Of a stretch of 64,000 bases of DNA, positions 1 to 13,008 are shown one piece after another; the stretch's first letter is position 1, and each line of letters begins with the position of its first letter. The position numbers and the translations under genes are program-made. The stretch is from Camelus ferus (taxonomy: Eukaryota). The stretch spans positions 79,734,001 to 79,798,000 of the forward strand of contig NC_045697.1 of assembly GCF_009834535.1 (NCBI RefSeq), written 5' to 3'. The notes beneath the pieces were generated by a model that ran no database searches, was not told where the DNA came from, and saw nothing but the letters and a program-made list of their open reading frames with translations.

Positions 1-1648
1 AACCTTGTTAGGGAAAATGGGAAAGGTAATATTAGCCCTGATGTGTGCATGAGGACAGGTAGATGAGCTAGTAGAAGGAAGTTAGAGCCTTTATTTTACT
101 CATAGCTCTTGACCAGAGGCCAACACATAAGCTTTTGCAGGGTAACCCAAATGGTAAAAAAATTCTGATGTGAGAGAAAAAGAGCTTAGTCTTAAAACAG
201 TCAGATGGGAGGAGACAGATTTTCTAGGTGAGCCAGGTCCCATAGGAATGATTCTGCTCAACTCTGTGTGGACAAATGCTACTTTAATTTATGTGTAGCT
301 ATATCTCCAAGTTGTATTTTTCTTAAAGCAGATAAAAACCAACACCACGACTAGAGGTAACCCTAGAGATCTAGTTACCATATTTTAATAAGAAAAGTGA
401 GACACAAAGAGGTTATCAGTTCCCCAAGTTAAAAATTCTTACTTAATAGTATAATAGAAACTCAAAAATAATTTTAATAGGATGTTATATTATAATACTG
501 ATGAAAATGAAGACTGTAGACACAAACATATGATAAAACATGTGGTCTTACTGATTCATTGATTCCTCTTAGCAATAATGTTTATGTACCAAATTTCCTT
601 CTATTTGTGATGATGTTTTATATTTATTGTAGCTAATTGATTCTGGGGATAAAAATAAGCCCTGGTGTGTCTGAAAGGCTCGGCAGCATTGTACTGTACA
701 TGCTTATTATAATTTCATAAAATAAGTCTCAGATTATCAGATGTTAAAAAACAACACAGTGGGGCAAATTTTAAATGAGTAGTTTGGAAACATCCTGCAG
801 CCTTGTGGTGTAGTCTTGTCAACTCCCCCAGATGATGGAAATTCATCAGAGATCTTGGAAAAACTGTAGCTTAAAAGGGAATGGTGGGATGTCAGAGATC
901 TTGATGGTTTAATGGTAGTATGTGATAAGTCAATAGTCCACCAAGTTTTGTACTTTGGGATTAATACATGCTTTTAAACCAATGGATCATAAGGAGACGT
1001 GCACACACATAGATTTTTTTTGACTGGATAGTTTATGACTGTATCATTCCAAGGTGAAATTCAAAATTAACATTAAATTCCATAGCTCAATAGATATTAT
1101 TGTAATTACATTATCTTATCAAACTGAATTCATAATTTTCTAAAATAATGTACGTATTGAGCTGAAGCAATAGGTTTGAAGCCATAAGAAGGCTGCCATG
1201 ATCAGAATCTCTAGTGTATGAGTCCCTACTCCCAGATGTTAGATGACACCTCACTCTGAGTATTGTTCTTTAAGCCCAGATACTTCTTTGTTCTCTAAAG
1301 TCCAGCATGGTTGTTAAAGGGTTTTTTTTTTTTTTAATCTTGGTGTTTTTTGTTTGTTTTTTGTCTTGGTGTATCTTAGAGTTACATATCTATGTTTGGG
1401 TCTGTTCCAGAGAAAGGCAGTCCAGTATATCATCTCCAGCACACTCATATAAATCAACATTTCAATTTTGGAATGATAGGCACTTCAAAAAAGAAGATGG
1501 CATTTTGGGGGGCAAAATAGACAAAGAAAGGAATGACCCACTACTTGTTTGATAAATTGTCTATCCTTATCCCAGGAGAGAATACATTTAGAGCACCAGC
1601 ATTCCCTCTCCCCTCTGTCTCACCACACCCCTGGATGTGCATGGCTCG

Positions 1649-1848
1649 TGTGGTGGTCATTTTGATGTGTCCACTTGGCTAGGCTAGAGCCCCAGTTATT
1701 CCATCAAACTGTAGGTGTTGCTCTAAGGATATTTGGTAGATGTGGTTAAAGCCCATTATCTGACTTTTAAATGAGGGAGAGTATCCTAGATAATCTGGGT
1801 GGGCCTGATTCAATCAGCTGAAAGGCTTTAAAAACAGAACTGAGGGCT
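1649..1848 (+). mobile_element. MLT2-type (ERVL) LTR 5' fragment
   Basis: Starts TGTGGTGGTCATTTTGATGTGTCCACTTGGCTAGGCT and contains GATAATCTGGGTGGGCCTGATTCAATCAGCTGAAAGGC, typical of MLT2. Confidence 0.75.
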
Positions 1849-1874
1849 TTTGTTAGTTTTTGTTCTGTTTTGTT

Positions 1875-2075
1875 TATTTTTTATTGAAGTATAGTTGATT
1901 TACAATGTTTCAGTTGTACAGCAATGTGATTCATTTATACATATACATATATATATATTTTTCAGATCCTTTTCCATTATAGGTTATTATAAGATATTGA
2001 CTATAGTTCCCTGTGCCATACAGTAGGTCCTTGTTGTTTATCTATTTCATATCTAGTAGTTAATCCCAAATTCCA
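1875..2075 (-). mobile_element. 5'-truncated L1 3' end (artiodactyl-type)
   Basis: TTTTATTGAAGTATAGTTGATTTACAATGTT...TTCCCTGTGCCATACAGTAGGTCCTTGTTG; the same tail recurs at other L1 copies in the window. Confidence 0.8.
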
Positions 2076-2084
2076 CATCCTTTC

Positions 2085-2705
2085 CTACTTTCATACAATG
2101 CTGGTGGGAATGTAAAATGGTACAATTACTCTGGAGGAAAATATGACAGTTTCTTAAAAAGTTAAACATACACCTCCAATACCCAGTCATTCCACTCCTA
2201 AATATTTACCCAAGATAAATGAAAGCATGAATCCATCCAGAGACTAGTATGCAAATATTTACAGCAGCTTTATTTGTAATAGCACCAAACTTGAAAATAC
2301 CCAAATATCCATCAACTGGCGAATGGGTAAACAAAAAGAGACAAACTATTAATACATACAACAACACTGATGATCTCAAAATAATTATCTAAGTGAAAAA
2401 AGCCAGACATAAAACAAGCACGTGCTGTATTATTCCATTTATGTAAAACTCTAGAAAATACAAACTAATCCATGGTAACAGAAAGCACATCTGTGAGTTC
2501 CTGGGACAAGGTTGGGAGTAAGGAGGGACAGATTACCAAGAGATATGAGGAAACTTTTGGGCGTGATGGATGTGTTCATTATCTTAACTGTGGTAATAGC
2601 TTACATTTGTCATATGTACATACATATGTTAAAGCTCATCGAATTGTATACTTTAAATATATGCAGATTATTTTGCATCAATTATACCTTAATAAAACTA
2701 TCTTA
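2085..2705 (+). mobile_element. Ancient L1M (L1MB/MC/MD-like) 3' region
   Basis: TGCTGGTGGGAATGTAAAATGGTAC...CCAAATATCCATCAAC...TTCCATTTATGTAAAACTCTAGAAAATACAAACTAATC...AATAAA. Explains ORFs 2472-2756 and 2512-2706. Confidence 0.85.
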
Positions 2706-3974
2706 AGAAAAGGAAAAGTTATATACTCACACATCAAACATGTACCCTGCTTATAGAATACAATAGGAACACATCCTTTTATTGCACCATTCACTTAATT
2801 TGTATTATAATACTTAATTCGTTTTAATTTTACATAAATTTTAGGTTCTCAGTGCTTTTGCACTAGTGTATCTTCTCTAGTTAAGATTGTAATGGAGTTT
2901 ATTTTCCTGTAGAAAGAACACATAAAGGTTTTCAAACTGCACATACATCCAGCTCTATGGAATCTGACAGATCAAATCTAGGAGTTTCCCTCCCTTAACC
3001 CGCCTCCCTCATCCCACCCCTCCCGCTCTCCCCCAGGAAACCACCCCTTGGTTTGTTAAGCATATTAAGTCCAATATGCTTAACAAACACACTAACAGTG
3101 TCAACCAGCTCTTCACCTTAAAACCCTTTAGAGGCTGAGGTGATGCCTCCTTCACATCTCTTGGAATTTTTTTTTCCCCTTGGGAGCTCGTTTCTAGTCG
3201 AACACTAAAAAAAAAAAAGATCAGTAGAACTCCCCTGTTTTTGGAAACATTATAGCATTTTGTTTTATTGTCACAGTATATATGCACACAAATATTTTGG
3301 CCATTATTTTCTGATTGTGCATCAGTTTTCACAAAGCTTTGGTGCCATTGACTACTTTGTTTAATTACCTAGCATGTGGGAAATTGGAACACATACAAAG
3401 GTCATCTTTTGAGCATGTGGTCCTAAATATGCAGTTTTATTCTCAAAAGTTACGAGAATTATAAAAAGTCCATTAGTTGAGACTAATATTTTTATAGAGT
3501 CTGGTGCACTATGAGTTTATCATAGATCTCAGATAATCCAGTGGTAATAAATAATTGCCATTTTCAAGGTACATTTGGCTGTTTTGCCAAGGGCAAACTG
3601 ATTTTCTCAAGCAGAAGTCAATTATGCCTGCCTCCTTTAAGGTGCAATTTTCCCCTCACCCACTGGGCCCTTAGGGTATAATGTAGAAGAGGTCTTGTGT
3701 CCAAAATGAGTGATGGTATATTAACAACTATAATACTTTGTACCATTTGCCAGAAGTGTCCTCTGCCTTTCATTCAATCTCAGTCACATCGTGGTACATT
3801 TCATTTGCATTTGCCAGGGTTTTCCAGGACGAGTTTTTGGTTGAAGTGTTAGTGAGTGAGGAAAAGAGTAATCGGCCAGCCTAGTTGAGAGTCAACACTG
3901 GATATCTTGTATTTTATAGTGACTGCTGCAGATTTGAAACAGATTTCAGCTTTTCCTACATCGTGTTATACAGA

Positions 3975-4190
3975 ACACTAGAGGTTCATAAGATATTAAT
4001 AGGTAGTTTGTTAAAAAAAATTGAGTGTCATGGTTAAATAAATTTGGGAAACTGTGTTAAATAAAGTTGAACAGATTCCTCTGTTGCAGGATTTCTTGGA
4101 ACCTTTCATAAGTTGCTGTATTTTTAATCTCTAAGATAAGCATATAGTCCACAGCATTGACTAAACATATTTGATCACAGCACCTTTTTT
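3975..4190. mobile_element. Probable hAT-Charlie/MER-type DNA transposon remnant
   Basis: AATAAATTTGGGAAACTG and CAGCATTGACTAAACATATTTGATCACAG resemble ancient MER elements; degraded. Confidence 0.4.
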
Positions 4191-4589
4191 TAACAAAAAA
4201 ATAAAAAATACCCAATTTTTATCTTGCTGAAAATGAACACACTTCTAAATTAATTTGGAGAAATCTTTCTGTATATGCTCCTTTTCATATATATTTTCAT
4301 TGCAAATCAAAATAGGAGAAATCAGAACAATAAGTATGAATTTACCAAGAGTAGCCTTATGTCTATACTTGTATATGCATAAAGTATATACATAGATAAA
4401 GTATTACAACCCATATGTTAGACAAAATGTTCTGTATGTGCACATTATGCCTTTTTAAATATTGAACAACTTCCTGTCATAGATTATCCTCTCCCATTTT
4501 CCTGTGCAATGCAGAGATGCTCAGACATCATTCCTTCATGGTTGAAAATATTTTACCCCAATTTTTGATAATGAAATAATGATAAGGAA

Positions 4590-4765
4590 TAGAAAGAGTA
4601 ACTTTATATTTGTATGTCACAGTTTACCAAGCAATTTTAAGTGTATCATTTAATTTAGTTCTCACAGCCACATTGCAGAGTAGATAGGCACAGCCTAGCC
4701 TCCTTTTACTCTGAGGAAATGGAGATCAGAGAAGTTAAATGACTTGCTGAAGGTCACACAGCCTG
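4590..4765 (-). mobile_element. MIR SINE
   Basis: Reverse MIR core GAGGAAATGGAGATCAGAGAAGTTAAATGACTTGCTGAAGGTCACACAGC. Confidence 0.8.
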
Positions 4766-7049
4766 ATCGAGGCCTGCCTCTCTGCCTCTCACTTGACATA
4801 GGAGGTAAAGGGACAAAATTCCTAAAGTCTTTACATAGTTTTGAAAAATTCTGTGCTTTTACAAACTTTTTAAAAGAACATCTAAAATTTTATACTGCAA
4901 AAACAGTAGGAGATTTCTAGCAATATACTGAGTCTCCCTTCCACCCTCACCCCCTCTTCCTCTTCCTCAAAATAAATAAATTGAAAAAAAAAATAAGGGC
5001 CCATATCCACTGTCAGAATATCAGCCATGAAGGGTTTGTCAGTGGCTTTTAATTTTATTTGAACCCCCTGGAATTCTTTCTGGCTTTTCTTGGCAAACAT
5101 CATACAAAAATTAATTTGGGAATGTGAAATCCGATGGGTCTTAGAAATGACCGAGGTCTAGAGAAATAACATAAAATAAATATTCAATAACATAAAATAA
5201 AGTTGTGGCAATTGGGAGTAAAGTCTGGGTTTCTTAATTCACTGTTTAATACTTTTCCTGTCATACTACACTGGCCAATGTGTTAACGGAGGAAAATAAT
5301 CTGATAAATAAGCTGAAAATTTTTTAGGGATATAGAAAGGTATGAAAAAAATCCGTGAGAATAGAAATTGGGAAAAGTTGAACATAGTGGCTAAAGATAG
5401 AGTTACAATTAGAGTAAATCAAGAAAACTAGGTTTGTGCACGCAGTTTCTGGTGAAAGTGTGTGGTTGGTTCAGATCAACTACCAGCAAATCGACTCAAA
5501 ACTCCAGATACCTTCACATGGCTCCTTATTATAGTTTCATGGCTGAACAGTGACATTAGGATTGTCAATTTGATTATTTTCCTTATTACCCAAACCATCA
5601 TCACTGTGAAGAACTTAAATGGATAATGATGACTTATTTGTCACTTTTTGTAATTGTTTACAAAAGATAGGAATAATTTCTACAAAATTTTGAACTCATG
5701 TCTGTCGTGCTAAAGATGAGATGCACGTTGAACATTTTCTTTCATTCTGTTGCATTTTCTTGCTTTTTTCTCTCTTCTTTAAAATAATGTGAAGCTTTAT
5801 AATTGACTATTAATAAGAATACCTTTATTATACAGAAAAAATAAGTTATGAAGCAAAGGCAAGATAGTGATCAAATGATTAACATATTCTTGAATATTCT
5901 GGTAATATGTCAGCTTAATAAATATTTAACTAAGATTTTTCCTTCCCCATCCCACTCCACCCCCAAAAAAGTAAAGCATTTCAAGTGTTCCTATATTTCT
6001 AATTAGGTGAAAATTATTCAAATATTGTTTTACCTTTGATTCCAGCAACTGCTCAGTCTTTGTCAATTTGATCCTGTCCTGAATTCTGAAACACTGCTAA
6101 GTCAATTCCATTTACAGTTTTGGTTATTCCTCAGTCAGTCTTACAAGGATTCTCTTCCTCCACCCAACACTTAAAGTTTGGGATTTTCTAGGACTCTGTT
6201 GTCAGACATGTCCCCTCTCCCTCACCTCTTGGGTGAATGGAGATGAAATAAACCACTACCATATGAGTATCTTGACTGTGAGAGTGTTTCCTCTGTCTCC
6301 AAGTGTTTACCTCCCTGAAGTGATCTCTCTAGTCCCTGCCAGGCACATGCTTAAGCCAAAAAGCTGAAACCCTCCCTTTTACTTTTTATATTCTATTAAT
6401 TACAAGTCCTAAAATTCTACCCCCTAAGAGTCTTTAATCCATTCCTTGAGCTTTTCATATTGCAGACCTCCTACCTTAAGCTTAAAATAGTCTCCTATTT
6501 TGCTAATTTCTGAGCTAGTTCCTTCCTGGGGCACTTTGGACCTTCCTGTTTGTAACCCTTCAATATCTGTAAAGTCTACACACCTTGGCAGGACACAGGG
6601 TTCTCTTGTGATTGGGCTCTTGTTCACCTTTCAGCCTCATCTCTTCCTGCTCCCTCTAAGAGTCTGATGGATTTGCTCTGGGAAACTATTTACAGTCCAT
6701 CAAGTCACTTCTTTCTCCCAGGTGTCTGTGGCTCTGTACAAACTCTTCCATCCATCTCAAGTGCCTTTGGCCACTTTGTCTTTTGGGAGACATCTATTTA
6801 TCCTTCAGGAGACACTCCCCTGTGCAATAATCTACATGGTCTCATTCCTGTAGCATGTTTGTGCAGACCTTTTTTTTTTCCATGGCATGCATCACATTAT
6901 ATTTTAGTGGTTGTAACAACCTGAATGTTCTATTATTGGAGCTTGTACTCTTTGAGTATGGAAATCTTATCTTGAAACTCTTTGTACCCCCAATTACAAT
7001 AGCAACAGAAAAGATAAAGTAGTTTAGAATAAATAAAACAAGCAATATC

Positions 7050-8225
7050 TGAGCTCTTATGAAAAAAATGTAAATCTATTCCTGAGGCCTCAAGAAAAAA
7101 TGGAAAGGCATACCATGTTTCACATAGGAAAATTTAAATCATATACATTTTCCCTAAGCTATATATTTAACATGACCTCAAAATAATATTACTGATATGT
7201 TTTTTGAGCTAGACACACTGAATCTGACATTCAAATGAAAAAATAAAATAATCAAAAATTAAAAGGTTCTGGGAAAGGAGAATAATACACAGGGGGAGGA
7301 GAACTAACTTGGATATTTAAAATATTTTAAAATATTATATTAAATATTTAAAATACTAAATATTAAAAAAACTGTAAAACTATAAAAACATAGAACATAG
7401 TATTGGAATATGAAAAGAGACAAATCAATGAACCAAATGGAAGGCCAAGAAATAGACTTGGATACCTATGATAATTGAATGTATGTTTAAGGTGCCATCT
7501 CGAGTCTGTAGGGACCACTCACTGATCAATTTTGAAAAAAATAATCTTATGTGACACCACAATAGATGGCAATGCATTAAAGATTTAAATATGAAGAATG
7601 AAACATAAAAGAAATACTTCAATAAGCCATAGGAGAATAGTTTTATAAAATTAAGGTAGGGAAAATCTTTCTAAGTATGACATAAAAACAGTAAGCCATA
7701 AGACAGAAAAATGACAACTTTGACTACATGTGAAGAATTTCTGCATGCAGAGATCACCGTAAGTCAATTCACGAAATAATCTCTAATTCAGGGAAACATA
7801 TTTGCAATTCGTATCACAGACATAGACTAATATACCTACTATATAAAGGGCTCTCACATGTCAATAAGAAAAAGTCCAATTAGCCAATAAAAATAGGTCA
7901 AAGAAATGAGTCAGTAACAGAAAAGGAAATATAAATGTCTCTTCAACGTATGAATAGACGTCACTCATGAGTAGTTACACATTGAAACTCCCTGGGATAT
8001 CATTTATCATCTTTCAGAATAGCAAATATGAAAAAGTTCTGATAATAATTTGTGTTAGAAGATGTGGGAAAACAGTTTTTCTCATAGGTTGTTGGTAGGA
8101 GTGTAAGTGGGTACCACTTTTATAGAAGGTAATTTGGTAATATCTATCAACATTACAAATAAGCATACCCTTTGATCCAGTAATTCTACATGCAGGGGTT
8201 TAATTCTCAGATATATTTAGAACTT
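7050..8225 (+). mobile_element. Degraded ancient L1M (ORF2 3' part)
   Basis: A-rich; AAATGGAAAGGCATACCATGTT, TAGGGAAAATCTTTCTAAGTATGAC, TTGGTAGGAGTGTAAGTGGGTACCACTTT, CCCTTTGATCCAGTAATTCTAC follow L1 ORF2 order. Confidence 0.8.
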
Positions 8226-11200
8226 GTGTTAATATATTTCCTATATTAGAATATAAATAAAATTTTAAATTAAAATTAAATGAATTTTGTCTAAAAAAAC
8301 CTTTATTTCACCATCTTTTAGGCCAACTTTGTCTTTTTCTTCCCCTCTTTCTCCACCCTCTGCTGGGGCAATGTGTCTCCTTAGATTTTGCTTCAAACAT
8401 AAGACTTTGTCATAAATCCACCATGAATCTGACAAATACATTTCCCTCAAAACTCATACTTTAAAAATCACTAACAATTAGAAAATTTAGAGGAAGGAAA
8501 ATAGTTACTCTTCTTATTGTCTATTTTGAAACTGAAATGCTAGCATTTAATTTAGCCTGAGAAAGTAAATGGTCTAAAAAAATTGTAGATACACCATACA
8601 TTGGCGAATACCATCCATTGCTTTTCCAAAATACCTATTTTTAAAGTCAGATATATCTTTTAGGGTATGTACTTTGATGAAATGTTTGTCACTTATTTTA
8701 ACTTCTAAGACAGATGGAAAAATCTGTAATACATGGAATTACCTGACTTGAGAGTTTTGTGGAGCAGTTGGTATAAATATTTTGACCTTGGTCTTGGCCT
8801 CTGGGGAGCAGTGTAAGCTTTGAGCTTTGTAGAATGGAGTACTCACACATATGGCTACATGCTGTGCCATCCTACAGAAGCAGGTGGCTGAGTCTAGCTA
8901 TGGCCAAAAAACTCCCAAAGGTTTACCCTTACCTGTCAACCACACTCAGAAACTGTGTATAATCAATAGTTGCCTTACAGGACACCCAAAGTGCCATCTG
9001 CCTAAGTGGGTAGATGGATTTTTCCCATGTGCTTTATTGAGAGAGTTTTATTCTCCTCATCCCAGGAGAAAACTATTATTCAAAGAAGAGAAAGAGCTCT
9101 GAAAGACTTCGATGTAGGAAAATATTATTCAGCATCACATCACGTTTAACTAATTAAAGATTTAGGTTGTTAAACAGAGAGCATGCTATCAAATTTATTG
9201 CTGGTGAGGAAGTTTATATATGGAAGTACAGCATTAAGATTTAAAAACAGAAGCAAAAAAGATGAGAGGGCATACAAAAGGCAATGTTATACCAACATAA
9301 TCATAGGTAAAATGCAAACCAGCATTGGAGTGGAGTGCAAACTTATTATGAAACAATATTGTCATATGGTAGTCATACGACATGAAACAATAAAGATGAA
9401 GTGCATAGGAATTGTAGGCTGCTGTTTCTCAATACCATGTAAATCCAGGCTACTGAGCTTCAGGATTCCAGTTCACCTCCTCTGAAATCTTTCAGTTTTC
9501 TGAAAACTGCAAACATTTTCTTCTTTGGAGCCACCATCTATGTACAGTTTTAATTCTTACATTTTTCAGTAGTTTTTACCCTGATAGTGTTGTACCTGCA
9601 CCATTCACTTCTTAAGCTTTTTCTTTTCTTTTTTTTTTCCTGAATGGAATGTTCTTATTTTTCCTTTTGCACTACATTTTTAATGGAAATAAACTCAGGT
9701 TGTAATTTCAGGGTTTCCCATTTCCATAGGACTGTAAACACTGCATACAGCTTTGTGTGCTACACTTTATTGGCTTTTAAAGGCAGTTAAATGGAGGTTT
9801 TTGTACATAAGTCTAGTTGGAGGTAAAATTCACATGATTACCATCTGTTTGTTTTTGCAAACGTAGCCTTAGAATTTAGTTCTGATATGCTGAGGGAAAT
9901 GTTATTTTAGCTTTAGTCAGGACTGGAGTTTTTAGACAGGAAATTTAATTCTCATACCAGAAAGAATATTTGTGACCTTTTCTTGTAAGCCAGGTATAGG
10001 CTAAAATTTTGAAGATCACTTATGAAAAATAAAACAGATGATATAAGAATGTTATTTTGATTCATGCTGTTCATAAAGTTGGGGTCCCTGAAATAAGCCT
10101 TTGGTATTTAGAGAGGAATGAGGCTGCTGTAGAAAAGTAAAACATAAGTGTATCCAAATACTATTTAGAGAACAGAGGGGAAATTTATTGAATCAAATGG
10201 ATATTTTCCATTTTGTGTCATTAATAGGATAATTTTCTTATCTAATATCCCTGACACTCCATTACTTAAAGCAAGCACCATTCTTGCTGGCTGTGGGCAA
10301 ATGTGGCTCTGGGATTCTGTGTTCCACGTCTAGGTGGTGAATTGGAGCAATCCTGTCCAGCTGCCCCACAGCCTGTTCATTAGGCAAAAGGGCTCAGTGA
10401 CCAGAGCTAACAAAGACAAGCTGGGGAATAAAGCAAAAAACTTGCAGCTGCTGATTTTCAGCTGCCTCACTTAAGGGGCCTCAGAGAAAGAATTCAATGT
10501 TCCAAACAGCATGTTTTAAATAACAATACAACACACCTGCCCACCATAGTCTATGTGCAGGGGCTGTTGGGAACTGATTCTGTCCACCAAGCTGGAACCA
10601 AAGATTTTAAATTATAAACCTGCAGACATGCAGATAAAGGAGAACTCTGTTCTGGTGAGTGGTTTTGTTTTGTTTAACTGCCATTAGAATTAGAGCAAGA
10701 ATTAAGTGAAGTGGATGTGGTATCAAGTGATACCTCAAAATGATGGCCAATCCGGGCTATTCTTTGGTTTAAATGTATTCTGGAAACGACAGTGTCCAAA
10801 AAGTCTGAAACTGTTTTACATATACACTAGTTGTTTTAACATTTTAGGTGATTATGGTGTGTTTCTTCATTGTCCAGATGCCGTTTCAGTTGAAGTAACT
10901 CTAACTTTAAAGTCGTGAAAAAGGTACAGTAAGTACAAAACAGAGTATGCAAAAAAGTCTGCCAGCACCAGGATGTTTAGAGGTAGTTCACCTGAAAACA
11001 TGTCTGGAGGCTGAAGAAAAGTATATGGAGAAGGTTTCACGTAAATGTGGCGATAATATAATACAGCTTTTCTGTTTCCGGACCCTCTGTATTTCTAGAG
11101 GCTGCATGCGGCTGGTCAGAGGACACAGGGTGCTTTCTCTTGCTCAGTGCTGGGCCGCTTGTGAGGATAAAAAGTGTCTTGGGAATGGATTTGGAATTTT

Positions 11201-11645
11201 CAGCATTTGGTTGTATGTGTCCTTTGTAAAATAATCCACAGTAACTCAGCATGATAAATCAATTTTGGAAATGCCTCACTGGATATTTAAAAAGTGTTTC
11301 ACTTTTATGAAGGAGGTGTGTTTTTCTAATTTCCATTCTATCTTCATAAATGAGGCCAAAGTTACTGGTAGATTTTGTGTTTTTGAAGGCCCTGTTGTTG
11401 GAAAGATCACACACACACACACTGTTATGCTTGTGGTATACATAATATGGCAGCACTTTGGTCTGAGAATTAGGCAGGAGAGCAAATAACATAATAATGC
11501 ACACATGGTGAAGAATTAAAAATTCAAAAGAATTGACGAAAATGTGGAACCTCTAGAGAGGCTCACTTTTGTCTTTCACTTTTATTTTGCCTGGCTTCTC
11601 GTTTTGAGGGAACTGCACTGTGTAATCCTGACTTGAATTTCTTGA

Positions 11646-11755
11646 GCGGGGTGGGAATAGCTCAAGTGGTAGAGCACGAGGTCCTGGGTTCAATCCCCAG
11701 TACCTCCTCTAAAAATAAATTAATAAATAAACCTAATCACTTCCCCCACAAAAAA
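11646..11755 (+). mobile_element. tRNA-derived SINE (Vic-1-like), internally deleted copy
   Basis: A-box TAGCTCAAGTGG, B-box GGTTCAATCCC, A-rich tail. 11-bp TSD GAATTTCTTGA at 11635-11645 and 11756-11766. Confidence 0.9.
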
Positions 11756-11991
11756 GAATTTCTTGATAGCAGGAAGATTGTGTACTTTTTAAAAATGATA
11801 GTAAGTGCTTTCAGAGAAGTGTTTGGTGTAATGTGAATTAGTTTAATCTCTGATACACTAACTCCTTAAAAATTGCTCCCTCTGTTACAAAAAGAATACT
11901 CTTTTCATAGAAAATTTCAAACATAAAGATAAGCTTCCAAAAGAAAAAAATCCCTACTTCTGCCAAATTGTTAATATTGGGTATTTTTTTC

Positions 11992-12237
11992 TTTTTTTTT
12001 TTTAAGTGAGAGTAAGTTTATTTAGAGAGATACACACTCCATGGACAGAGTGCAGTCTGTCTCACTCAGAAGGGAAAATGGCTTAGGAGATACACACTCC
12101 ATAGGCAGAATGTGGGCCATATCAGAAAGGTGAGAGGGAGAGAAATCGAGAGGTGTGGGGTGTTTAAAGTAGATACATACTCCATAGACAGAGTGCAGGG
12201 CCTCTCAGAATGTGAGCACTGCAGAGCGAGAGCAACC
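11992..12237 (-). mobile_element. Poly(A)-tailed retrocopy of an ERV-LTR-like segment with three internal repeats
   Basis: Minus strand reads ...CTCTCTAAATAAACTTACTCTCACTT followed by poly(A). Three copies of GATACAYACTCCATRGRCAGARTG at 12029, 12089 and 12172. Confidence 0.6.
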
Positions 12238-12279
12238 TATTTTTTCATTTTTTAATGCACACATATTTACAAAAACTCA

Positions 12280-12640
12280 TTTATTCACTCATTCATTTGT
12301 TCAACAAATATATACTGAGCCCAGACTCGGTGCCTGATGTTGTGAGATGCTGGAAACACTGCAGTGAACGAGGTCAGTAAGGTCCCCGTCCTCTTGGAGC
12401 TAGTTGAGGGGAGACAGTCACTGGATTTGCAAGCAAAGAAACAAATGAGGTCACCAGTGGTTGTAATAAGTGTTGTGAAGGAAATAAACTGCTTCACGGA
12501 GTAACTTCATGGATCCTTTTTAGACATGGTATTTGGGAACCAACCCTAGGGGAAGATTTATAAAGTCCAGACCTGAAGGATGAGAAGAAGCAAGTCACAT
12601 AAAAGTCAGGGAAAGAGTATTTCAGGTAGAGAGAACACCA
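12280..12640 (-). mobile_element. L2 3' end
   Basis: ATTCACTCATTCATTTGTTCAACAAATATATACTGAGC...GTGCCTGATG...CCTCTTGGAGCT, the reverse L2 tail. Confidence 0.85.
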
Positions 12641-12683
12641 CATATATCACAGGTTTTTTCCTGACTTATTTCACTGGATAGAA

Positions 12684-13008
12684 AGGTCCACAATTCTTTA
12701 TATAGAATGCAGATTTTTTTTAAACTTTTGAAACGTCATATGTTAAATTCATGTACTAGGAAACATTTTCAGCAGTTTCTGGGACAGCACTCTGTAATCA
12801 AATGCATGAATATTTCTGCAGTGAAGCATAAGAATAATCACACTATGTGAGATAAATAAAGCCTTGGAATAGACTCACTTCCCATTAGGTTTTGGTGTCA
12901 AATGAGTTCTGGTCAGATCAGGTTTTCCTGCCAATTAAGTTATATATAAACTTTTGGTGTTTTGTACTTTTTGGGTTTCAGATGATAGGTAAGGGGATTG
13001 TGGAGCAG
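12684..13008. mobile_element. TcMar-Tigger-like non-autonomous DNA transposon
   Basis: Imperfect terminal inverted repeats AGGTCCACAATTCTTTAT ... GTAAGGGGATTGTGGAGCAG, followed by TA. Confidence 0.55.

Noticed and set aside
7312..7370. AT-rich quasi-palindromic stretch
   Set aside because: Low-complexity expansion inside a degraded L1.
11646..11710. tRNA gene
   Set aside because: A and B boxes are present, but the A-rich tail, TSDs, six related copies and the lack of a full cloverleaf identify it as a SINE.
12029..12200. CRISPR-like repeat-spacer array
   Set aside because: Only three diverged units with uneven spacing, in a eukaryotic context with a poly(A) tail and no cas genes.
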